Positions 25,588-37,163 of a stretch of 64,000 bases of DNA are shown in pieces; positions within the stretch are counted from its first letter, which is position 1, and every line of letters begins with the position of its first letter. Source of the stretch: Geosiphon pyriformis uo1 (taxonomy: Eukaryota; Fungi; Glomeromycota). The DNA lies in assembly GCA_016748015.1 (NCBI GenBank), contig JAAOMT010000348.1, positions 37,171-101,170 of the forward strand, read 5' to 3'. The notes beneath the pieces were generated by a model, which was not told where the DNA came from, searched no databases, and saw only the letters and a list, made by a program, of their open reading frames with translations. Made by a program: the position numbers and the translations under genes.

Positions 25588-26451
25588 TATTATTCATAAA
25601 ATATAGAAAATATATTAGCATATAAATTAGCTAATCAGAAGTAGCCATAGTAAATGTGAAATTCTAGGATTCCTCTCAAGAGGAATTGCAGGATTTCAGG
25701 AATTTCAGGATTCTCATACAAGGAATTGCAGGATTCCAGAATTCTAAGATTCCTCCCAAAAGAAATTACAGGATTCCAGAAATTCCAGAATTTCTGGTGT
25801 AAAGAATTGAAAAATTAAGGAATTTCAAATATGTATATATAGCAGTAGTACTAGAAGTAGAAAAGACAGAATTCTTTAGTTAAAAAAAAAGACCTCTCAG
25901 TTTAGATTGGATCTGAGCAATCCTTCATATCACAAATAAATAATTATTTAATATCTCAAACCCACTTTCCATTATCAACACTTTATGTTGATAGTAATTG
26001 ATACTTAACCACACTGGAACAATAGCTCTTGATTATGGCTATTGACAGAATACTAACATTTATTGTCTTGGCTTATTTCTTTATTTTTCTTTTATTTTTT
26101 GTTATTTTTTTGTTGTTTACTAAATTGACTAAAAAATTAAGTGCTGAATTACAGACATTATAAAGACTGGTAAAAGACCTGTGAAACAAGGATAGAACAC
26201 TCATAGATTTGAAAATAGCTTACCAGAAAGATTACTGACCATCACACTGAGAAAAAAATTCGACAAAATTGAAATTCTAAAAGGCTACTAAAACAACTAT
26301 TAAATTTCTGCCTATTATACAAAAGACTCGACACCAAAACCTTCAGAACAATCAAACATTCAGATACCAACACCATCATCATAAATAGCTTCTAAGCACC
26401 AAGTTATGAGTTTGTTATTTGCTTTGAAATTCCAAATAATCACCTATAATA
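25588..26451 (+). repeat. Family B 3' LTR of B3
   Basis: Aligns end to end with 1783-2634; termini decayed to TA...TA. Confidence 0.88.
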
Positions 26452-27582
26452 ACATTATAAACATTGTTTAAAAGAAGAATTTAAATATTAACTGGCACAA
26501 AGTCAAGAATTATTTGGGTGTTTTAGATAATATATGTACTAATACTTTTACTGACACTGTTTTTTTTTTTTCTTGGTATTTTTTTTTCTAATTGAAAAAG
26601 CATTACATGTTGGCCAAGAGTGGTATTATTTTTAATAATTCTAAATATTTTATTCATAAAGTCTTTTGGTCTATTTATTATGTGCATTGAAAAGTTGGTT
26701 CTGGTTTTAAAGTTTTAGATAATAGTTTATTATCAGACATTGATTGGCTTAGCTCATCTTTGGTATGGTATTCTAATTCACATATGGCTGTTAATTTTAC
26801 TAGTAAGCCTATTACTAGTGCCCACACATATTTTATGAAAGCTTTGCATTATTGACTACCAGTTGCTGTTCAAAAGCACCTATATAACAAGTGTTATCCC
26901 AGTGTATTGTGTTTGTATTGTGATAATATTGAGATTTTAGATTATGTTTTTTCTTGTGTAATTAATGTTTCTGCTCATTATCAATTGTTAAATGCCCATG
27001 CAACTGCTTGGAGTGTAATTTCTGGTCTTTTTTGGTTCTTTTCATGTATGTCTTAATTGTTGTTCTTCTGTGTTTTGAATATTGCAATATGTATAGTTTT
27101 TTGTAAGAGTTTTGTCTTTAAAAATTGGCTTTAAGAAACTGTATCTGTCTTTGAAAGTTCTAAGATTACAAATTAGAAGATTGTGAACTTTGTGAGTAAT
27201 TTTTGTCTTGCTTTTAGAAATAAGATTTGGTTGGTCTGTACTAAGCATTATACTTTTATGAAAAAAAATAGACTGGTATTATGTAATAGTTTAGCTCTGA
27301 TTTTAGTTTTTGGAGTGTTTTTGATGTTTTTTGCTAATATGGTCAAATTGCTTGGTATTGCTGAGACATTTGGTGCTAGTTTTGAATTATGTAAATCTTG
27401 TTTATTTTTTTCAGATATTGAAAATCCAGTTTTAGTTTATATAGGTGTTTAGTATTGTTTTAATTAGCTTAAATGACTGGTTATATATAGAAAATACATG
27501 ATTTACACCTAATTTAGATTGATTATTTAATGTATTATACTAGATAATATTTGGACTTTACTTGTTAAATAAATAAAAAAAA
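26452..27582 (+). mobile_element. LINE-a 3' fragment (end of RNase H, CCHC region, 3' UTR, A-rich tail)
   Basis: WHKVK, YFMKALH..LPVAVQK, CLYC; stop at 27450-27452; 3' UTR homologous to 46961-47094; AATAAATAAAAAAAA. Confidence 0.85.
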
Positions 27583-27599
27583 TAATAATAGTAATAAAA

Positions 27600-29180
27600 A
27601 AATTTGGAAATAGAAGAATAGTTTATATTATTAATAAAAAATAATACATTAATATAATTTTATATCTTATATTAATATTTTTAAACTTTAATATTAGGTA
27701 TCAATTATATTTTTTAATAATTTTTATTAAATAATTTTTAAAAATAATAATTACAAATAAATACTAATAAATAATCTTTTATTACAAAAATATTTAAATA
27801 CTTAAAAAAACTTAAGAAGAAAAATAAGTAAATTAAAAAAAATTAAATATTTAAAAATGATTTTAATTATTTTTATCAATATATGTTTTATATATTAAAC
27901 ATGTTTTTTTAAAGTTAAAAAATATATTATTTATATAATTATTTTCTAAAAATAAAGTAACTAATTATATAACATCAGTAATTAATATATATGATAATTA
28001 ATAAAAATTATAATTTTTAATTGTAACAATATTAAATTAATATTAAAAAGTCCTGATTTTTGTTAAATTAAATATTATTATATTTAAACTTAATTTAATT
28101 TAAAAATATTTTTGTTAAATAAGTAAAAGTTAAAAGCTATTTTAATATCTTAAACAATAAATAAACTAATGTATTAATTAATTTAATTATGTTTTAGAGT
28201 TTATTTTTCTAGCAAATATTAAAAAAAAATTTTTAATAATAACTAATTAGATAGTTTTTACTAATATTATTATTTTATTAAATTTACAAATAATATAATT
28301 AAGCACTTTTTGTAAAAAATTGATTTAAGTTTTAAGATTATGAATTTTTTATCTATTGGATATATTAATTGATATCTTATTATTTTAATTTAATATTCTA
28401 ATTTTTATATAGCTATTGGTTTTATAAATAAATTTTTTATTGATTTATGCATATATTTAATAAAAGCTTTATATAAAAAATTACCAGCTACTATCAAAAA
28501 ACAATTGTATAATAGTAAATATTCAAACATATTATGTATACAATATAGAAAAGTAAAATTTTTAGACTGTATTTTTATTTATAGCTTAAATTTGTTTATT
28601 TATTAAGAGTTATTAAACAAATAATCTTTCTTTTAAAAGTTTTTAATTAGTATTAATTTGGTATTTTTAATAATGTTTTAGTTATTAATTTAAAGTTTTT
28701 TTAATATTAGCTTATATTTAATTTTATATAAAAAGTTTATTTATAAAAACTGATAAATAAAAATTAAACCAGTTTTTAATAATATTAAGACTATTATATT
28801 AAAACTGATTAATTTTATATAAAAATTAGTTATAAAGATTATATATAATTATTTAATTTAAAGTTATAAATAATGATAAAATAAAAAAAAATTATTAAAT
28901 AATAATAATATAATATGTATTAATATTTCAAATTTTTTAAAAGTAATAATTTATATTTATTAAAAGTTATTAAAAACATATTATTAGTTTTAGATTAAAA
29001 ATTAGTATATATATTTTTTTAATATAATTATTAATATATTTATTAAAATAGTTTTATAGTATTGTTTTAATTAATTAAATAACTAATTATATATAATAAG
29101 TACATAAATTATATTTAATTTAGAATTTTAAATAGTTGTATTATATTAGATAGTAATTAAATTTTGTTTATAAAAAAAAT
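27600..29180 (+). mobile_element. LINE-b, near-AT-saturated fossil 3' fragment (5' boundary uncertain)
   Basis: Residual matches to the LINE C-terminus (ATAAAAGCTTTA...TTACCAGCTACT at ~28460-28495) and to the 3' UTR (TAGTATTGTTTTAATTA...TAATTTAGA at ~29057-29123), then an A tail. Confidence 0.65.
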
Positions 29181-29544
29181 TTATTATAACTATTTTTTTG
29201 ATAATTTATAATACTTTAATTATAGTTTTATTATTTTTATTACTTATAAAAAAATTTGCATTAAAATTTTAATATTTATTATTATTTTGAATATATATTA
29301 ATAAAATATTTATAAAATTTATTAAAATTAATTAAGTTGTTTAAAATATAAAAAAACAATATTTTAAGTAAATTACTAAAAAATTTTTAGAAATTAACAA
29401 AAAATATAATATTATTACTATAAAATATTTACAATTAAAAAAAACTTTTTTCTTTTCTTTATCCAAAATTCTTCAAAAAGCACATTTCTGAAAAATAAGT
29501 TTTTTGTTTTTTTTAATATTTTTTTACCTAATAATTCTTTTTTT

Positions 29545-32391
29545 ATGAAGTTAAAAGCTGTTTTAAGTGGCAACATATCAAAAAAAAAAGCCCTCAAAAG
29601 TGTCTTTTATGGTCTTGCTGGTGGTTTTTTTTTACAGAAAAAGAAGATTGTTCTTGGTGTTATTAGAAGTTTTTGGTCTCTTTTTTTAAATATTATTAAT
29701 GTTAATTTGCTGTTAATTCACGTTCTCAGGAAGTAGTTGGACCTCTAGTAACTGAATTTATCTTCAAATTATCTCCTATAATTTGAACTGCTGGGCTTAT
29801 AAGTGGAATGGCCAATTCCTTGCCAGTTACTTTATGTAATTACATTGTAGTAAACGTTAACTCTTTCCCAGGAATTGCTTGTTTGGAAGCTTACTAAAAA
29901 TGTGTAGTTACTTTGCTGTGAAAGTCAACTCTTCTACAGGAATTTCGTCTGTAGACTACCCCAATAATTATGATAAAAAAAGAAAAGAAAATAAAAGAAA
30001 TGTAAAAGAAATAGAATTTTATCAAAGAAAACGTTTTTTATCCAGGCCTGGAGTCACTAACAGTTTATTGAAATTGGTAGCTAATCAATTTCAAAACGTT
30101 AGTTGTGTTGAGGGAATTTCAAGTGTAATAATTTAAGAATTTAGTTTTTGAATATTTAATTTTTATTTGAATATGTAAAAGATGATTTGTTTTAATTAAG
30201 ATATTTAAAGTAGAATGCTATGATAAGATACTATGGGAAGATATAAGAAAATACATTTTCTTGAAGAGAGAAGCTCTTTTTTTATACAACTTGTTGTAAT
30301 ACTAGTCTTTGAACTTGCACTTTTCTCTTTGCTACAATTTGGGTGAACTAAAGATATATTTCGGCAAATTTACAAGTTATTTCACTGAACTATTGATTAT
30401 TTCGGCGATTTTTCATTAATTTCGGCAAATTTTGACTATGTTAAATGGTTCAGGGTATTGTGTAATTTGATCATCTTAATTTCTAGAGTACAAATCGGAT
30501 TATTGATTGAGTAATGATATTTGATAATTTGGTTAAATAATAAGTGATAATTGAAATAATAATAATATATGCTAATTAATAATAGGAATTATAAGGGTAA
30601 TTTCGTGCTAATTAATAACTAAAATTCTACTGGTAACATTGGGAATATCAAATACTTTGATAATAAGAAAAATGTTTTTTTGATCAAATCTAAGTCTGAT
30701 AATAATGTGTATTCTAATGTGGATAATTTGTCTGAAGATAATAAGAGAGTTGACATGTCTGGTATTCTTAATAGATTTTTTCTAAGCTTGGCTATTACCA
30801 CTCCTAAAGCAAAACATATCAATACTAATGCTGTTTTTGGTTTTCTTAACTTTGATATGGATAATAATGATAAGGTTTTTCTCTCTTCTCACCTCCTAAT
30901 CTCTTTAGATAGAAAATAAATCAACCCTAAAATTGCTAAAACTTAGATAAAAGTTACTATTAAAAAGTTGTTTGCTTTGGATATCAATTTTTCAGCAATA
31001 GAAGACAAATTTGTAATGATAAACACTCAGAAAATTAGGAGAATTTTTTTAATTGTTAATAATTTTGAGAGGGCCATTACTTCCTTAAAGTTTGAAGAGA
31101 TTATTTGATTTACTTTTACTTTAAAACAAAGCATAAAGAAGGCTGTATCATTGGTCAGAAAAAAAAAGATTGCCATAAACAGCAATCTCAAAAGACAAAA
31201 AATTTATTCAAATTGGATCATAGTAATTAAAAAAATTCTTATAGATATACTGAAGAAAATAATCATTGTAGCTCTGTTTGAATTTGGTCAAGTAGTGTCA
31301 ATCTAATTGCAACTTATTGGGCTGTAGCAAAAAGCTATGGTAAAATTTACCAAATCAAATCAGACTAATTAGCTAGTAACTAGATGATTATTTCTAATCA
31401 AAAAAAATTTAGTGCATGTTGCAAAAGCTGTGAAAGATTGTAATATTTGGATTTCAAGAGATTGGTTTAAAGTGCTTTTGTTTATTTTGTTAGTAGAAAC
31501 AATGGCTTATGATTTTAGGACTCTTTTGAATAGAACTGGTAGAAAAACATACATTATTAATTACTTGCTTGATACTGGCAACTGAGTTTGCTGTACTATA
31601 GTTGGTTTCAAATTGAAAAAAAATCTTGAATCTATCTTTCACACAGAGCCAATTTTGGGTGATATAAAACTTTTTTGAGTAAGAATAAATTTGGTTTGGT
31701 GTAAAAAGTATGAAAGATTTGGCCACTTAGTTTTAGAGTATAATACATTAGATACATCTATTTTTATACTTTTAAAAATATTTAAAAAGGCTGTTTTTGA
31801 TGCAAATCACTTTTAATTGGCAAAATTATATGCTAAAAGGAATGTTTTTATCTTCTATTCTGCTGTCTTTAATGACAAGTCATGAGTTTAAGTAATTTTG
31901 ATGACATTTTCTTTTTATGGTTTGTTTGTTGGTTCTGGTTCTCTTCTTTCTGGTGCCTTGAGTTTGAGTGATAATTTTTCTCCTATTTTAACTGATAACT
32001 TATCCTTAGATGTTTGTTTGGCCTCTTTAAAATGTTTTTTAAGCTCTTAACTAATCAGGTTTCTAACATAATACACAAACTCAGCAACATAAAATTGGTG
32101 CCTTTGGCTCCTCTTCTTTTTTCTTATAACTTGGTTACCCTAATGACTGCTGATTTGGATTTGGGTTTGAATATGATTTTGAATGGTCCTAAGTTGATGT
32201 TTTTATTTTTTTCTCTTGTTTTTTCTGATGTTTCAGCTTTGGGTTTGAGTAATTTAAAAGTTTTGACTACCAAAGTGGGCTGTTTGGAGTCAAAATTGAT
32301 GGCTCTTAAGGTTTTTGTTGGTTCAGTTCTGACAAAGTTAGATTAATTGTGTATTGGCTTGGTTTTTTTTAAGAACTTTTTATCTCAATAA
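29545..32391 (+). pseudogene. LINE-c ORF1 (RRM-like region, decayed CCHC knuckle, C-terminal coiled coil), split by a solo LTR
   Basis: Colinear with LINE-d ORF1; ...KVLTTKVGCLESKL...SQ*. Confidence 0.75.
29658..30638 (-). repeat. Solo family A LTR in LINE-c ORF1, TSD TTGG
   Basis: TGTTATT...GGTAACA flanked by TTGG/TTGG; excision restores VLGNIK as at 47751-47770. Confidence 0.92.
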
Positions 32392-33927
32392 CTGATTTGG
32401 TTTAAAAGTTTGCTATGTACAATGTTTAGGATCTTAACATTTCTGCCAAACAGAAAGACATTGTTTGTTAACATAAAGAATCAGAAAACATAATTTCAAA
32501 TATTACAAAAATAAAGTTAAGATCTGATATTAGACCATGGATTATGAACAAGTTTAATGAGATAAAAATTTTTTTGTCTGGCTTAAACAAAGGGTTTTTT
32601 AGTGCTGAAGTGACAATTATTATGAACAATTCTCTTGCATATCATGTTTTTAAGATTGAGGAAATCTTTGATTATTTTGTTTTAGTTTAGCTTCTCTTTA
32701 AAGACAAGCTTTTGATTGCAATTTTGAATTTATATGCTAGTGCTTTTGCTAAGACTAGGTTTGGTCAGGCTTTAGAAGTCAACTTTTTTATTGCTAAAAC
32801 TGTTAACTCTAGTACTTTTGCAGTTTTAAGTGGAGATTTCAATAAAAATAGATCTAAAAAAAATGTAAGTTTTAAGTTTTGCTTGAATTTGAGTTTGATT
32901 AATTTTTTTAATAAACATTTACTGGTTAAAGCTTCTATTTGGAGCAATTTAAAAAGTGCTGAGAAGATCATTAATTATATTTTTATAAATAAAAGTTTGT
33001 TGTCTGTAATAATTGGTCATATAATTAATTTTGTTTCTGATTTCTTTAATACAGATTACAAAGCTGTTTTGGTCTTAGTTGGTCTGAGTGGTCTTTTAGA
33101 TACTTATCTCAACAGCAATTGTAAATAGACTAATAGAAATAAATGGAAGTTTAAGATTAAGAATGCTAATACTAATAAATGATCATGTTTTAGAGTGTGT
33201 TTATTGGGCAAATTCTTGAAAAAATTGGCTAATTTTAATAGTATGAGGAATGATAAAGATTTGAACACTATATAAGAGATTTTAAAAAATATGGTGGTTG
33301 GTTCTGCTGATAAAGTGTTTTCTAAATTTTGGTTTAGTGAGTTTAAATGTTCAAAAAATAAGCAATTGTTAAGATTCTTTTAACTTGAATTATTGGTGGC
33401 CAAATTGGCAAAGAGTTTGAGTTTGATTCAAGATTCTGATGCTAATTATTTTATTAATACATAATCTACTATTAATAATGAAAAGGCTTTTAAGTTATGC
33501 ATTATGATTAATAATAATAAGAGTTTGGGGATAATTTAATATCACTTGTTAAAGATCTGGAAGAAGTATTATAAGTCCAAGTATTATGAATCTAGAATTG
33601 CCAAGAATGTTTTAATTAGAAAAACAATTAACAAATACATAGAAAATTTTTGCTTTGATAAAAACTGAATAATTAAAAATGTTTTAAAGTGATCATTTCA
33701 GAAAGTGGTTCTTAACCATCTGATAGTAGATAATAATTTAATTTTGGTGTCTAATAAAATTAAGTTCACAATTAACAGTATTATGAAAGGATGGACAAAA
33801 AAGCACATAATCCTTAATATTTTGTCTGCTCAATAATTTAACCAATATGCCTCTTTAGATTATATTAATAATAATATATTTTTAGATATTATGTGTAGTA
33901 TTAAGTTTAATAAGTTTTTTTAGATGG

Positions 33928-34909
33928 TGTTACTGGAGGTTTTTGGTCTCTTTTCTCGAATGTTGTTAATGTTAATTTTGTTGTGAATTCATGTTTCCAG
34001 GAAGTAGTTGAACCTCCAGTAACTGAATTTTATCTTCAAATTATCTTCTATAATTTGAACTGCTGGGCTTATAAGTAGAATGACCAATTTTTTGCCAGTT
34101 ACTTTATGTAGTTATGTTGTAGTAAACATCAACTCTTTCCCAGGAATTGCTCGTCTGGAAGCTTACTAAAAATATGTGTAGTTACTTTGCTGTGAAAGTC
34201 AACTCTTCTACAGGAATCTCGTCTGTAGACTACCCTAATGATTGTAATAAGAAAAAAAAAGAAATATAAAAGAAATATAAAAGAAATAGAATTTTATAAA
34301 GAGAAACGTTTTTGATCCAGGCCTGGAATCACTAACAGTTTATTGAAATTGGTAGCTAATTAATTTCAAAATGTTAGTTGAGTTTTGGGGATTTTCCAAG
34401 TGTAATAATTAAAGAATTTGGTTTTTTAAATTATTTGATATTTATTTCTTTTGTGTGTGTAGAAATGGTTCTAAGTGATAAATCTAAAGTAAGATACATT
34501 TTCTCGAAGAGAGAAACTTTTTTTTTATACAACTTGTCATAACATTATTCTATGAACTTGAACTTTGCTATTTTCTACAATTTTGCTGAACTAAAGATAT
34601 ATTTTGGCAAACTACAAGTTATTTCTGTAAACTATTAGATATTTTGGTGAACTATCAATTATTTCGGCAAATTTCTATAAATTTCGGCAAATTTTTGAAT
34701 GTTACATAGTTCAGGGTATTGCATGATTGATCATCGCAATTAGGTTACATTTGTGTTGTGTACAATTTGGGTTATTAATTAAATGATAATTTCGGACATT
34801 TTTGCTAATGTAATGAATGGTAATTTGAAATGATAATATATGCTAATTACTGATAAGAATTATAAGATAGTTTCATGCTAAATAATATCTCTAATTTTGT
34901 CTGATAACA
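33928..34909 (-). repeat. A2 3' LTR
   Basis: TGTTACT...GATAACA on + strand, adjacent to the PPT complement TAACCTCCTCTTC. Confidence 0.95.
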
Positions 34910-35597
34910 TAACCTCCTCTTCAAGACTGAGCTCTATCGAAATCCAAGTACTGTTTGTTATTTCCAGATAATAATCCAAAATTATTGAAGAAATTTGGTC
35001 TGAAAATTGTTGAAATTTCAGTTCTGTGAGCTTTCCAATGTATTGAATCTTCAAAGGTTGAAAAATTGGGTTTTGTAGTACGTTTTCACAGGTGTAGAAT
35101 AGGTCATAAAGTCTAAGAGCAGCTCTGAGCCTGTAGCGACTGTTTGTTAATCCAGCTGTTGTCTTGAATTCGTTGTGGAGTTGTTTTTGAATAGCTTCTT
35201 TTGTGAGGTTTGCTGTTGTAAGTTCCAGTTTTCATTTGTAGAGTGTTTTTCCAATGTGAAAATATCTATAGATTGGAGGATATTCAGTGTTTTCCTCATT
35301 GAGACACAGTTGAAGTCTTTGTTGACTTGTAGCATTTGGTGGAATACTAATTGGAGTGAGCATTAGATTTTCTCTTAAAGCAAGCTTTAAAAGTTTTGGC
35401 AGGTGAATTCCAGTATAACTTCTTGTGTTCTTTTTATATGGGTGATATTTTCGTGAATTTGGGGCTAAATTTGTAACTACTTTTGTTTGGGTATAATTAA
35501 TGTGGTTTTCAGTAACAATAATGGATAATTTGTGTATTGTTTTTAAAGCTAACATTAGTTCTTGAGATAATTGTTGAATGTTTTGAGGAATAGTCAT
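34878..35597 (-). pseudogene. A2 accessory ORF3, 239 codons with a single internal stop
   Basis: MTIPQNIQQLSQEL...YFHIGKTLY(K*K)LEL...LRAALRLYDLF...IQYIGKLTELKFQQF...; one TGA at 35232-35234; frame runs through the PPT into the LTR. Confidence 0.8.
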
Positions 35598-35718
35598 TAT
35601 AAGCAATTTGAAATAAAAGAAAATTATTTTTGGTGCATGGGTTTTTATGTTATTTTTGTTTTGTTTTTGTGAGATTGTTTCTAAATTATAAGAAGATAAC
35701 TATAATAATAAATTTAAA

Positions 35719-37103
35719 TTAAGTGTTCAAGTTGGGAGACTGTTCAATGACAACTATTGGTTCTAAATTTCAGAGAATGTCTTCGGGATTGATTAAAAAA
35801 GAATGTGTACCAATTTGTGAAATTAATGGCTCATAATTGTTTCTGGAATTATAGTGTTTCAAATGATCTCTATGTGCAACTTTTGCTAGAATTTTGTCAT
35901 CAAGTCTTAGCTTGTATGATCTGTTGCCTAAAACTTTATGGATAAAGAATAGTCTATCCCATTTATTTTCAAATTTTCCACTCCATTGTTTTTTGCTTTA
36001 GTTCTGTGTAAGAGAACTTTGGTTCCAATTTTAAATTTATTAGTAACTGAAGGCAATTTGTCATTATGCCATTTTTTTTGTTGAGCTTGGGAGTGTTCAA
36101 TATGGGTGGCTGCTATTCATTGTTTTCTTTTCAATGTGCTAAGCAGAGTGTAGGCTCTTTGTTGAAGCATTTCTTGGAAATTGTTTTCATCAATTGGTTG
36201 TGCTGAGTATGTTTCCACTGTGAAACTAATTGGTAACGTTGCCGTTTTTCCGTAAGTTAAATCAAATGGTGTGTGTTTTGTGGTATCTTGTTTTAGTGTC
36301 CTATACGCTAATAACACTAATGGAATAAAGAGATTCCATTCTTGCTCAAAATCGGTTGAAACTTTAGCTAATGATTCACACAATGTTCTGTTGAACCGTT
36401 CTATTAGTTCATTTGTTTGTAGATAATAGGGTGAAGATAATGGTCTCTTGACATTAAATTGTCTACAAATTTCCTGGATTAAATTGTTCACAAAATGTGT
36501 TCCTTGATCAGATAAAAGTTTTATTGGGCATCCATGTCTACAAATGATGTCTTCATAGATGAAGTTTGCTATTGATTTTGCATCTGCCCATTGAATGGCT
36601 CTGGCTTCAGGCCATTTGGTGAGATAGTCTACGGCTATTGCAATATAGTGGTTTTCTTGGTTTGTGATAGGTAGTGGTCCAACTAAATCGATACCAACTC
36701 TGTCAAAAGCCTGTCCAACTTTGATTGGGTTTAAAGATTCTGTAGGGTGAGTTCCTCCTCTTCTTTAACAACTATTACAAGATTCAACATATTTGTGAAT
36801 GTTTTTTTTCATTCGAGGCCAAAAGTAGTATTCTAGTGTTCTTTGGGTGGTGCTGTCTTTTCCGAAGTGGGCTGATAAAGAATCTGAGTGCATGTTGTAT
36901 AATATAGTCTCTTTTTCTTGTTCTTGTATTAATCTGAGTGGTTTGTCTGAGTTTTTGAAATTTCGATAATAAATAATGTTGTTGTGTAGAAAATATTGTT
37001 TGGCTTGTTGTTGTAGTCAATGTTTTTCATTTGGAGACCAATCTGTTGGGATTGTTAATGTTTCTAAATATTGTTTGAGATTATTGTAGTTTTCTGAATT
37101 CAT
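35719..37103 (-). pseudogene. A2 ORF2 integrase with its own ATG
   Basis: MNSENYNNLKQYL..., MHSDSLSAHF...CNSC, GIDLVGPL, VDYLTKWPEA, SDQGTHF, ERFNRTL, LEPIVVIE. Confidence 0.9.
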
Positions 37104-37163
37104 TGTTTGTTGGCTCTTTTGGTTGGTTAAGTTGAGTGTTGGTTTTTGTGTTTTTTTTTTTTT

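Larger units (their letters stand above)
18533..26451 (+). mobile_element. Gypsy family B element B3, cut off within gag at its 5' end; 3' LTR abuts a LINE RNase H region
   Basis: gag (FLQYFS..NSIN), decayed knuckle, LILDSRSAG, Cys-rich region, dUTPase, RT ORF 22352-23446, integrase, ORF3, PPT and LTR 25588-26451. Confidence 0.9.

Noticed and set aside
34878-35597. ORF3 as a retroviral env gene
   Set aside because: Too short; no signal peptide, furin/fusion motif or transmembrane segment visible.
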